From a virus (lineage: Duplodnaviria > Caudoviricetes), in IMG/VR virus record IMGVR_UViG_3300025575_000014, positions 1,393-65,392 of that record: DNA of 64,000 nt; one strand, given 5' to 3'. A model generated the notes under the pieces. It did not search any database. It was given only the letters and a program-made list of their open reading frames with translations, and was not told the origin of the DNA. Each line of letters opens with the position of its first letter. Within the stretch, counting starts at the first letter, position 1. Positions 45,801 through 54,771 of this stretch are shown in pieces. Both the position numbers and the translations under genes were made by a program.

Positions 45801-48800
45801 GTTATTTGTTCTGGATTAAATACCGCATAAGTGTTTGAACCATCTTTTTCAAGTATTTTAAAACCATCATAACCTAACTCTTTAAGTTCGCTTGTGAAGC
45901 TATTAACACCTTTTAATTGTCCTAGTGTAGTCGGTTTTGTAATTTTAGGAAGTTCGCCATCATAATTGAAAATATCTTCAAACTGTTGAGGTGTAATTTT
46001 ATCATTGTTATAGTCCCACATTTTATCATGTTTTAATGTAGCTTTTATAACCCTCCCTTCACCTACGTTTGATTGATATGTTGTTGCATAATTATTAGCG
46101 CTTTCTAAACTATCAGTGAAATAAAAAGCATCGCCATATAAAGTACTTTTCTTATTAAACGAATTATCAAATTGTTTAAACTTTTTATTAGTACCATGAT
46201 ATACAAAGTTATCTTTAGTAGTATTTTTAAGCTCTGCATCTTTTAAATTAGGTTGATTATCATCAATATCTATTTTTGCGTCTTTCCCGCTTGTTGTTCC
46301 TTCGATAACTCTTGTTCTTTCACTCTTTTGTTCATTTCCCTTAGTTGCAATGCTTTCTTGATTGCTTCCCTGTTTGATATTACCTTCACTTGTATCACCT
46401 CCGAATAAATCAGTTTGACCATCATTAACTACTGAATTATTTATCTTTTCTGCAATATTTTTATTTTTACCTAAGTAATCTGTAATATCACTTGTGGCTT
46501 TTTCTACCGCTGAATTTAATTTTAATCCCTCCGAACCTATTTTACTAGCATACGTGTTCAATATATCATTAATTGGGTCGCCTTTTTTACCCTTGCCTTG
46601 GTCTATTAATTTTAAAACATTATCTAAAATTTCTTTTTTCTTAGCGTTACCAACAGTATTTAAAGTATTTCCAGCATCATTTAAAATATCACTTTTGTTT
46701 ATAACTTTATTAAATACATTTTTGTTGCTTGTAATAGTGTGCTTTAATTGAGATATGAGTTTCATTTTATCAGCGAAATTGCTACCCATAACATCACTAG
46801 TTCCTAGACCATCTAAGGACATTTGTTGGTTCTCTGCTACGTCATTGACCATTCCATTTTGACTACCTTTAATCATATAAATAGCTTCATGCAATTCATT
46901 TTTATTAGGATTATTTTTTTGTATATAATCCATTACTGCATTTTGGTTTGCATCATTTTCTTTTGAATCATTAGGAAATTCGCTGCCTATCATTGAAGCT
47001 TTGTCATAATCGAGATTTTTATTAACTACATGGTGATATAGTCTGTCATTTAATTGAGCAATATTATAACCTTGAACTATAGATTTATCTTTAGTAGATA
47101 ATCCTTGTTTCTTTAAATCATCAACAGTGTAATTGCCATCTCTAAATATTTGTGCAGCATCTTTTGGAGTTCCTTGACCCTCTGCTATATTTTGCATTGC
47201 TCCGATTTCTCTAGCTTTCTTATCGGTTATACCGTCACTTTCCTTCAGCAATAGCGCATTAACACTATCGGTATTTGTTCTTTGAGCCAATTCAAGCCTG
47301 TGATGTCCGTTAACTACCCAGTTCTTACCTTGATTGTCTTGCCATACAGTTATTGCACCAGCTTTACTTTTAACAAACTTATCGGTGCCTTTGAGTTTAT
47401 CGGTAGTACCTGTTTCAGAATCGGTATTTTCTTTAAATTGGAATCTCTTAGGGTCAACACCAATCGAATTAACTTTTATTGATTTCATTTCTTCACTATT
47501 AGAAACACCGTTGTTGTCAGTGGTATCTACCTTTTTCGCGGTGTCGGAAATATGGTTTAAACCTTCGTTATTTGCGTTCTGCTGAACGTTACTACCTATA
47601 GGTGCATTAACATTGTCAACTGTTTGCGAGGTGCCGCTAGTTTGGTTTACGTTAGTACCATTATAGCCAGTTAAAGCGGTGTCATTAGGATGCTTCATTT
47701 TGTAAACATCATCAATAGAGTTTAATCCCTCATTACTTCCATTTTGTTCAATTACGTCTGAACCCTTTTGAGCTTTTTCTAATACTGTTTGAGCATTGTT
47801 TCTATTTATAGTAATGACTTTTTTTCTAACTTCTTCCATGATAGGATTTTCTTGTGGCATATCTTCTAGTTTATTTGCGATTTCAGCAAGTCCTTGCGCT
47901 TGGTCAATTTCATCATGTTTCAGTTGAGTGTATTCGCTTTTAGGTTGAGTGTCGTTTGCAATTGGAGCTGATTCCATGGCCTGTTTATATTTTTGGATAA
48001 CGTTCTTAGTTTCACCATCTGTTTTAGAATTTTTTAATTCATCAGAAAATTTTATTTCCCATTTAGGTATTGCGTTCCCTTTGTTGTCTTGATAATTAGA
48101 GTTTTCTATAAATACATTAGCTGATTCTGGAGAATTTTTTAATGTTGAATCGCCTTTGTTGGTTGTTTCGGTAGGTTTTACCCAATATCCGCTTCCTGGT
48201 ATCGGTTCAGTATAACCCTTTGATTTTATATAACTTGAAGTTTTACCCATTACATCGCCTAAAGCTTTGCCTCCTGCACCCCATAATGCACCGCTTACGA
48301 ATCCTTCACCAGCACTTTTAGCAATTTGCTTTGTGTTTCCTCCTTGTAGTGAAGTTTCGGTTGCGTTTAATCCTGCAAATTCTGTACCAGTACTAGCTGC
48401 GGAAATTCCATATTGAATAGCCTTATTTGCTATTTTATTTGATACATAATCACCGACTACTTTGCCTGTTAATTTAGAAATTCCATTTTCAGCAAGAGTA
48501 GACATTTGACCAAATTTAGCAATGCCTGCTTTTTCTAAACTACCGAAACCAAACATACTTCCTACCGCATCTGCAATAAAATCGGTTGCGGCGTTGCCTG
48601 TACTTTTATTATCGCTTTGATATGCCCCAGCTTGAAATGCACTTCTTGCAGTTTCAGTAATTCTGTGAGTGATTGCATTTCTGTCTATTGATTCAGCATC
48701 ATAACCTAAATTTTGAAAAAGTTTCATTCCCCATCTTGCGATAAGATTAGGTTGCTCTTTTTCTATTGCTGCATTCATAGCGGTACGGTCATTTGCATTA

Positions 48801-50194
48801 TATGGTTTGTTGTCGTAATGGATTGCATATGCTGGGTCGTTTAACATTTTTTTATAAGCTGCATTGCCACTATTATCATTAGGTTCAATTGTATTAGGTG
48901 CAACCTTTTGAGTATCGGTGGTTGCATATGTTATAGGAACTTCATTTTTAGGTTGTAAATACTGATTCAAATAATCTAATTTGATTGGGTCGGATTTAGG
49001 AGTTGTCGAATCAAGTTCTTGACCACTAAGCATTGGTAATTGAGCCTTTATTGTTGCATCTTTTTCATTTGAAGCTTTGCCTTTTGCTACTTGCGCTGCT
49101 ATTTCTGCTTTAGAGCCTGTAATATTAGTTGTGTATGGCATATTTATTTGAGCCTTACCAGTAAGAGGATTAATGCCTGTTGTTACATCTGCACCCATAG
49201 CCTTAACATCTTCATGTCCTGCTTTTAACTGACCATTTAAAGTTGATTTTGCATTATTAACTAACCCTAGCAAATAATTAGCAATATCAATATCAGCTTG
49301 GCTTGATTCAGAATCGTTAATAGTTTCACTATATTGTTTTCCTAAATCATCAAGGCTAGTTAATCTATCTTCAAATGTTTTTTTAGCGGAATCGCCTTTG
49401 CTATTAAGAATATCATTAACACTAGCAATCCCTTCCTTACCATCCGCACTATTCATTATTTTAGCTAGTGCAATTTTGGCTTTATCTGCATAACGTTGGT
49501 TATCGGTTAATACCTTTTGAGCCGCTATTTTTGAAGTTGCATCATAGCGTGCATTATCCGTTAACACCGCTTGTGCATCTTGTGCAACCTTAGTCTTATA
49601 TCTTGCATTAGAAGTAGCTTGTTCAGTGTTAAAATGAGCATCAGAAACATTGTCTCTACTTGCGGTATGATCGTAATTAGATTTCCAATGAGAATCAGTT
49701 GTTGCATCCCTGCCAGCTTGATATTCTTGTGCTACTTCTTTATCAGCATAGTTTCTAGCTAAATTATCAATTACTGTTCGTTTATCATTAGCCATTGTAT
49801 TTGCATTGTTATCGTAAGCTGATTGTTGAAGTTTTAAATTGCTATCTATGTTGTCCATTGCCTTAGTACGTCTTTGGTTTATAGCACCAACATATTTGTT
49901 ATTAACTTGATTCATTTCTGCAATCCCTGCACCAGCATTAGAATTTGCCCCTAAACCTCTAGTTGAAATTGTATTGTTATAGTTATTTTGTGCGGTTTTA
50001 TTGTTGCTATTTTGACTAGCTACTTCGGTGTCAAAATTTTGATTAGTGCTAGATTTTTGGGTATTCAAAGCGGAGGTATTACCTTTAAGTGTACTTTTTA
50101 ATATAGCAATTTTAGCAGCGTAAGTTGGAGCAAGTTCTTTACTAGCTATTGCGGTTTGTGAATTTATTTTCTGTGCATAATTTGTTGAAGCCAT
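42872..50194 (-). CDS. Giant internal virion/ejection protein of polyvalent type (2440 aa)
   Basis: Last structural gene before lysis; ParB-like domain (~47130-47480: VDPKRFQFK...WVVNGHHRLELA), ART-like domain (~45800-46210: VYHGT...FYFTD...GYDG..YAVFNPEQI), Gly/Ala-rich membrane-interacting segments. Confidence 0.75.
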   Translation of the reverse strand: MASTNYAQKINSQTAIASKELAPTYAAKIAILKSTLKGNTSALNTQKSSTNQNFDTEVASQNSNNKTAQNNYNNTISTRGLGANSNAGAGIAEMNQVNNKYVGAINQRRTKAMDNIDSNLKLQQSAYDNNANTMANDKRTVIDNLARNYADKEVAQEYQAGRDATTDSHWKSNYDHTASRDNVSDAHFNTEQATSNARYKTKVAQDAQAVLTDNARYDATSKIAAQKVLTDNQRYADKAKIALAKIMNSADGKEGIASVNDILNSKGDSAKKTFEDRLTSLDDLGKQYSETINDSESSQADIDIANYLLGLVNNAKSTLNGQLKAGHEDVKAMGADVTTGINPLTGKAQINMPYTTNITGSKAEIAAQVAKGKASNEKDATIKAQLPMLSGQELDSTTPKSDPIKLDYLNQYLQPKNEVPITYATTDTQKVAPNTIEPNDNSGNAAYKKMLNDPAYAIHYDNKPYNANDRTAMNAAIEKEQPNLIARWGMKLFQNLGYDAESIDRNAITHRITETARSAFQAGAYQSDNKSTGNAATDFIADAVGSMFGFGSLEKAGIAKFGQMSTLAENGISKLTGKVVGDYVSNKIANKAIQYGISAASTGTEFAGLNATETSLQGGNTKQIAKSAGEGFVSGALWGAGGKALGDVMGKTSSYIKSKGYTEPIPGSGYWVKPTETTNKGDSTLKNSPESANVFIENSNYQDNKGNAIPKWEIKFSDELKNSKTDGETKNVIQKYKQAMESAPIANDTQPKSEYTQLKHDEIDQAQGLAEIANKLEDMPQENPIMEEVRKKVITINRNNAQTVLEKAQKGSDVIEQNGSNEGLNSIDDVYKMKHPNDTALTGYNGTNVNQTSGTSQTVDNVNAPIGSNVQQNANNEGLNHISDTAKKVDTTDNNGVSNSEEMKSIKVNSIGVDPKRFQFKENTDSETGTTDKLKGTDKFVKSKAGAITVWQDNQGKNWVVNGHHRLELAQRTNTDSVNALLLKESDGITDKKAREIGAMQNIAEGQGTPKDAAQIFRDGNYTVDDLKKQGLSTKDKSIVQGYNIAQLNDRLYHHVVNKNLDYDKASMIGSEFPNDSKENDANQNAVMDYIQKNNPNKNELHEAIYMIKGSQNGMVNDVAENQQMSLDGLGTSDVMGSNFADKMKLISQLKHTITSNKNVFNKVINKSDILNDAGNTLNTVGNAKKKEILDNVLKLIDQGKGKKGDPINDILNTYASKIGSEGLKLNSAVEKATSDITDYLGKNKNIAEKINNSVVNDGQTDLFGGDTSEGNIKQGSNQESIATKGNEQKSERTRVIEGTTSGKDAKIDIDDNQPNLKDAELKNTTKDNFVYHGTNKKFKQFDNSFNKKSTLYGDAFYFTDSLESANNYATTYQSNVGEGRVIKATLKHDKMWDYNNDKITPQQFEDIFNYDGELPKITKPTTLGQLKGVNSFTSELKELGYDGFKILEKDGSNTYAVFNPEQITVDKKNDTINKLPMIKGETSGTNSTKIVEKKSSEQNKISDNNVVKSKKVVTDVPRQKLETEKFIKKMDEKGIKYKLFLNEDGIIHIKGKSPNGNPVNISVFADGQGATGIIGKEGKPVTKVEKDKVPTQKIKKDSGIVKAEDTLPKSTKSKSDMTSTANMSEKPMKFTKIKPGDSGDKIPPKKPLYIKPSDPNWDPSLEHEVSSEYVDNKPLPIISGKNDKATSQNIRDAFIGKRNGQIAAGNHLADTMKKLAPNEQEGIQLFIDAGGNMNHLRDMTDHNDPIMDSYIPNTKITYRDGYKQALNLSPNAMKAVEMAEKYYKESKDYALKTGAINVGRENYANRMWVKPPRGVKTDIRNNGINPNTSHGKQRVYDNISEGLLNGKQPATLKANDLLAIHNQEMSYANTTRELATSLETSGLGSYSKNVPEGFKNVIGLDKHVPTATGYEVRPFVLPENLANGLRAITDSDLTKKIDSMRGIQKYQGVVKTMDLAFSTFHHITLAAQALYNNKGGIDFIRHWNDLHLLDSPEFQVSEKDFARHTGTTSKLSSNIDTLSRLTTTGSKMDKITNLPILKQGKHLIEANNNLLFGKIQRWLKVTDYQNKVLDFASKHPETVNADLSKAKISIAKEVNLAYGGLNWQSLGKNPSALGTERMLLLAPDWTESSVRMVGKAFEKGPGGNAARSQYITGLVAGGLLTEGLNYLFTGHLTDKNPKGHELQLQVQPDVYISLFRSGIGDFTKLVSNVVTNGVLGGVSKSLQGKLSPFLRTGVGWASNTDYLGRKISNPDKTGSENDINILKYILSEAGPIPFGVPSTFKYNNETPSSGVQKVIGNALVGSGAGTYAKAATNSSYDSSKKSYEGNWLREYTAPSNEKKQIKLTELISENSKTKLANSKALNEELGNALKDNPHASTTAIFDKYDTPSKERSSRKKAAVKKLKESGYSELQQKYDGMTKSDRKDFYNSLSSDDRQLIKR

Positions 50195-50209
50195 ACATAA
50201 AAACCTCCT

Positions 50210-50947
50210 TTATTTTGATGCCAGTGATTTCTTTAATGAATCTGCATATCTTTGGTTGTCAGTTTTTACTGCGGTTGAATCAATTATAGCCTGTGCATTG
50301 TATCTATCGTTGGCGGTTTTTAAAGCTTGTGCTGCCGTTAATTGAGCATCTTTATATCTCGAGTTATCCGTAGATTGAGTAGTAGCATATTGAGCATCAG
50401 CGACCTTGTCTCTGCCTATATTGTAATTATTAGTAGTGTTCCATTCACTATCTGCCACAGAATCCCTTCCAGCTTGATATTCTTGTGCAACTTGTTTATC
50501 TGCATAATCATGTGCCATTGTGTTGGCAGAATCTAATTTGTCAGCCCCTAAATTAGCAACATTAGCGTTATAGTCTATGTTCGCTTGAGCAATGCTACTG
50601 TCCACAGTGTTCAATGCACCTGTTCTATTCTGTTTAATCGCAGCAATGTAACGATTATTAATTTGGTCCTGTTCTGCAAGTCCTGTTAACGCGATACTAC
50701 TTCGACCAATCCCCTTACTTAAATTTGAAGTGTCGAGTGAATTTTTATTAGATACATTGCTTATATTTTGATTAGTAACTTGGGTGTCATAACTTTGATT
50801 AATTCCTGTCTTTGAATTAGTTAATGCAAGTGTACTAGCGGCTAAAGAGTTCTTAAGTGCGGTAACCTTCATATTGTAAGCTGGATTAAGTTCAGAATTT
50901 GCCACCGCGGTTTGTTGAGTTATTTTTTGTGCATAAGTTGAAGACAT
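50210..50947 (-). CDS. Ejection-type protein paralogous to the N-terminus of the 2440-aa protein
   Basis: Collinear similarity over the full length (YAQKI, YADKQVAQEYQAGRD, TDNQRYAD). Confidence 0.7.
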   Translation of the reverse strand: MSSTYAQKITQQTAVANSELNPAYNMKVTALKNSLAASTLALTNSKTGINQSYDTQVTNQNISNVSNKNSLDTSNLSKGIGRSSIALTGLAEQDQINNRYIAAIKQNRTGALNTVDSSIAQANIDYNANVANLGADKLDSANTMAHDYADKQVAQEYQAGRDSVADSEWNTTNNYNIGRDKVADAQYATTQSTDNSRYKDAQLTAAQALKTANDRYNAQAIIDSTAVKTDNQRYADSLKKSLASK

Positions 50948-50990
50948 ATTAAAACCTCCTTAAAATAAAAAAAAGAACCTATCAAAGTTC

Positions 50991-52667
50991 TTATCCCCAT
51001 ATCTTTATAATATTCTTTACATCTCCTGCTATTCCGTTTTCCTTGGCATAACCTAGTCCTGTAGAACTTACAAGTTCATTCACTGAATTGGAACTCTTAT
51101 AAGCTTTTTCAACAAAGTCTTTGTATATATTTACAAAAGGACTATAATCAGAACTTATTGCCACATATGTCCCATCCTTGCTAAAATCAGAACTCGAACA
51201 AGAACCTGTAGGCATTACTGAAAGATTTGTAACTTTTGAAAAATTATCTCCGTTTCTACTATAAACCGTAAAAAAAGGTGAATAACTATGCGTAACCAAT
51301 AAGAAAAAGCCATCAGCACTAAAAGATACAGAATAAGAATTTCCTGGTGGTGCAGTATTAGTCCATGCTAATTTTGTAAAAGTATCTCCATTTCTTTTAT
51401 ATACAACAATATTTGAAGTGAGAGTATTTGTAGCCATATAAACACCATCTGGACTAAAGCAAACACCAAAACATGCGGCTAGTGGCAATATTGAAGGATT
51501 GTCCAGTTTTGTAAAAGTGTCACCATTCCTTTTATATATGACAATATAAGGATAAGAATAACAAGTTACCACTAAATACATACCATCTGGACTAAATTTT
51601 ACACTTTTACTAAAACCATTCGGAAGCACCGTTGGATTTGGAAGTTTCGTGAGAACATCATTGACAATTTTATAAATAAAAACAAATGGTGTATCGAAAG
51701 TACCTATCGCTAAATACGTACCATCTGGACTAAAGCACGTACTGTAAGCTGCATCCATAGCTAAACTTGAAGGGTTTGGGAGTTTTGTAAATACATCTCC
51801 ATTTCTTTTATATACAGTCACAAAAGGCGAACTACTATGTACGACGGATAAATAAACACCATCTAAACTAAAACATACACCGAAACATATATCCGGTGGT
51901 AATGTCGAAGGACTTGGAAGTTTTGTAAAAGTGTCACCGCTTCTTTTGTATATGCAAATAAATGGACTTGCATTAGACACTAATACTAAATATATCCCAT
52001 CTGGACTAAAAGCAATTCCGTTAGTAGTACCTACCGATAATGATGAAGGATTAGGAAGTTTAGTTGCATTAAATTTTATATACACAGGATCGTAAATTGA
52101 TAATGTTTCGCCATACAAAACATTTACACTTGATTGTCCTTTTATTATCGTTTCGCCCCCGCCTGTACCTGTTATCGTATTAACACCATCTGCTAATTCT
52201 TGAAATGAATTTGGGGAAGTTCCAGAAACCGTTCCCCCTTTGCCGTTGATAGCGGTTTTAACTATTTCTTTCCCATCAACGACACTTGTAAAAAGTCCAT
52301 TCCAACCGTCTTTATCTGCCTGTGTAACATGGATTGCCGAATTCGCTATATGGTTATCGCTATTTGTTGTTTTTGGAATCATAGCCTCAACCTCGGTGGT
52401 TAACGCATCGACCGCACTTAAATCGATTCCATTAACTCTAGTTGTAAGACTATCTATTTCAGTTTTTAAACCATTAACCGCAGTAAGGTCAATAGCTTTA
52501 ATAGCGATTGAATTGTCGCTAACTTTTTCGGTTAAACCAGCAATTAAGTTTGAATTTACTGTTATTTCATCTTCTATACTACTGGTATCAATAACCTTAT
52601 CTATGAAGTTCTTGATTTTATCATCGCATTGTATCATTAACGCTAAAGCAACCGTTTTAGTGTCCAT
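50991..52667 (-). CDS. Tail fibre/receptor-binding protein with 7-bladed beta-propeller
   Basis: N-terminal coiled coil, HIANSAIHVTQADKDGWNG motif, seven ~46-aa FSxDGxY...YKRxGDTFTKL repeats. Confidence 0.75.
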   Translation of the reverse strand: MDTKTVALALMIQCDDKIKNFIDKVIDTSSIEDEITVNSNLIAGLTEKVSDNSIAIKAIDLTAVNGLKTEIDSLTTRVNGIDLSAVDALTTEVEAMIPKTTNSDNHIANSAIHVTQADKDGWNGLFTSVVDGKEIVKTAINGKGGTVSGTSPNSFQELADGVNTITGTGGGETIIKGQSSVNVLYGETLSIYDPVYIKFNATKLPNPSSLSVGTTNGIAFSPDGIYLVLVSNASPFICIYKRSGDTFTKLPSPSTLPPDICFGVCFSLDGVYLSVVHSSSPFVTVYKRNGDVFTKLPNPSSLAMDAAYSTCFSPDGTYLAIGTFDTPFVFIYKIVNDVLTKLPNPTVLPNGFSKSVKFSPDGMYLVVTCYSYPYIVIYKRNGDTFTKLDNPSILPLAACFGVCFSPDGVYMATNTLTSNIVVYKRNGDTFTKLAWTNTAPPGNSYSVSFSADGFFLLVTHSYSPFFTVYSRNGDNFSKVTNLSVMPTGSCSSSDFSKDGTYVAISSDYSPFVNIYKDFVEKAYKSSNSVNELVSSTGLGYAKENGIAGDVKNIIKIWG

Positions 52668-52681
52668 TAAATCACCTTCCT

Positions 52682-54481
52682 TTACATATCTGAATATCTG
52701 CTTTCTATTTCTATAAAATCAGTAGGATTATTCACTGATCTTACTATATCTACAAAATAAGCACGTCCGAAACATGGAATCACATTATACATAGGGTACG
52801 CGTTGTATAAATTTCCATACAATAAAGAGTTAGAATCATTTTCATCTATGCCAGTATCTAAATTCATCGCAGATGGAAAACTTTTAGTTCCGTTGATGCC
52901 TGTAATTGAACTACAATCATAATAATAATGATTATCTAATATTATTATCCCTCTGCTCATGGTTAGGTTTGGAGAAGAATTTATTTGTGTTTCATTACCG
53001 CTATCTAAATTAAGTTTATAAAGAGTATCATATCGGTGCATCGGATTATAATTATCGTATTCCCACCTTGTAAACCTACAAAAATATAAGCAATCTAAAA
53101 CAATAGCCATCTCATTACCTGTTGAAATACTAGGTCCTATAGTTTTAATTAAAGTTTCACCGCTACCATCTTGACTATATCTATATAAAAGTCTATTACC
53201 GGAATCATCGTCTTTCATAGCGTAAATAAATCCATTATTAAGTGCAAAACTAACTACCTTAGGACAAAAATATGATGATAAACTCTTTTGTGTTAAATCA
53301 TATATAATTATTTGGTATACATTATCCTTTTTCACAAGTGCAAAAACCTTGTTATTGTAAATAGAAAAATCATATATTTTACCTAGTGTGTAACTAACTA
53401 TTGTGTCCCTTCCAGTTGCAAAACTATATTTCATTAAATAACTGTTGGTGTTATAGTACAGGTTGTTTTTATATAATTTATGAACGCAATCACTATAATT
53501 TCCATTTTTTAACGTATAATCCTTTTGAGGATAATAATATTGGTAGCCATCAATAGTAACTGGAATTTTAATTTTTAATATCGCCGAACCAGTATACTCA
53601 AAAATAGCAACATTACCATAATCAATCAAAGGTATATGCCACGTTGTTGAGCAATTACAACCAACTTCTGTATCTATAAAATAATTGATAGCACTTAACA
53701 ATTCATAATCTGTAGGAGATTTTGAAATCGGTTTGCCTTGATGAACTTTCCCTGTGCAAGTAGCGGTGCTAAGTCTAGGTTTATCATCATCATTTAAAAC
53801 ATGATAATAAAATATTCTGTCAGTATTATTTATTACATTTATTGTAGTTCCAGCATTATCCCCTGCAACCCTTTTGCTAGAATAAATTTCAAGAAAAATA
53901 AGTTTATCATTTTTGGGAATTATTTCGATATAATATAGGCCTTTTATAAGAATAGCATTTGGAGTAGTTTTAATAGGGAAATATTCAAATTGAACAACAC
54001 GATCCCATCTATAGTTGCAATAATACTTTCCGTTAAGCATTTCTAATTTTATAATGAGAGAAACAACACCATTATAAAAAAGTGTAGCATTTGTAGTTGA
54101 ACCATCGGCACAACCTATTACAAAAACACCTGATAAACTATAACCAGAATGTAAGGCTGCATATAGATCAGCTTCTAATTCTAATACAGGAACAATTTTA
54201 ACTCCTCTGCCCATATTAAAATCTATTTCTTCCAAAGTATTAACATCAACCACTTTTTTTATGTTTTTACCTTCTGTATCTCTGATTGCACTTAAGTGTA
54301 TAATACTGTTATCATCATAAGCAACAACAGGTTTATCTTCTGTACTAATATCAATGCTCGTTATTCTTTTTTTAGGATTAAGACTATCTATATTTTGATA
54401 TAAATAGTCCATATTTTCGTTTATTGCCTTTAAACTCAAAGGTGTAGTGTCTTTTATAGAATTTTTAACATATCTATTCAT
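52682..54481 (-). CDS. Tail-associated protein with C-terminal beta-propeller-like region
   Basis: In the tail operon; Tyr-rich short beta repeats; N-terminus paralogous to 54492-54761. Confidence 0.55.
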   Translation of the reverse strand: MNRYVKNSIKDTTPLSLKAINENMDYLYQNIDSLNPKKRITSIDISTEDKPVVAYDDNSIIHLSAIRDTEGKNIKKVVDVNTLEEIDFNMGRGVKIVPVLELEADLYAALHSGYSLSGVFVIGCADGSTTNATLFYNGVVSLIIKLEMLNGKYYCNYRWDRVVQFEYFPIKTTPNAILIKGLYYIEIIPKNDKLIFLEIYSSKRVAGDNAGTTINVINNTDRIFYYHVLNDDDKPRLSTATCTGKVHQGKPISKSPTDYELLSAINYFIDTEVGCNCSTTWHIPLIDYGNVAIFEYTGSAILKIKIPVTIDGYQYYYPQKDYTLKNGNYSDCVHKLYKNNLYYNTNSYLMKYSFATGRDTIVSYTLGKIYDFSIYNNKVFALVKKDNVYQIIIYDLTQKSLSSYFCPKVVSFALNNGFIYAMKDDDSGNRLLYRYSQDGSGETLIKTIGPSISTGNEMAIVLDCLYFCRFTRWEYDNYNPMHRYDTLYKLNLDSGNETQINSSPNLTMSRGIIILDNHYYYDCSSITGINGTKSFPSAMNLDTGIDENDSNSLLYGNLYNAYPMYNVIPCFGRAYFVDIVRSVNNPTDFIEIESRYSDM

Positions 54482-54491
54482 AGAATACCTC

Positions 54492-54761
54492 TTATCTTAA
54501 TATTGATATTTCTATAGTGCCATCGGAAAGTTTGTCAATAAAACCGTCTGCATTTCTTGAAACACAATAATTTTCAGTCTTTCCATCTTCATAAACAACA
54601 TCGAATATATCGGGACTTGTAAAATTTATAGTGCCGACATTTTGTGAATCTAGTGCTTCATTCAAATGTGTGTACAAATAATCAAAATTATCATTTAATC
54701 CCTTTAAACTTTGTGGTGTAGTATCTCTCATTTGGTTTTTAAGGAATCTATCATTGGCCAT
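54492..54761 (-). CDS. Small tail protein
   Basis: RFLKNQMRDTTPQSLKGLNDNFDYLY matches RYVKNSIKDTTPLSLKAINENMDYLY of the next gene. Confidence 0.6.
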   Translation of the reverse strand: MANDRFLKNQMRDTTPQSLKGLNDNFDYLYTHLNEALDSQNVGTINFTSPDIFDVVYEDGKTENYCVSRNADGFIDKLSDGTIEISILR

Positions 54762-54771
54762 TTTAACACCT

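Noticed and set aside
42872-50194. Tape-measure protein of a siphovirus
   Set aside because: No tail tube, tail chaperones or baseplate genes; adaptor/nozzle context and enzyme-like domains fit an ejection protein.
51140-52070. Diversity-generating retroelement TR/VR pair in the tail fibre
   Set aside because: No reverse transcriptase anywhere; the repeats are ~138-bp propeller blades differing at all base types, not adenine-specific.
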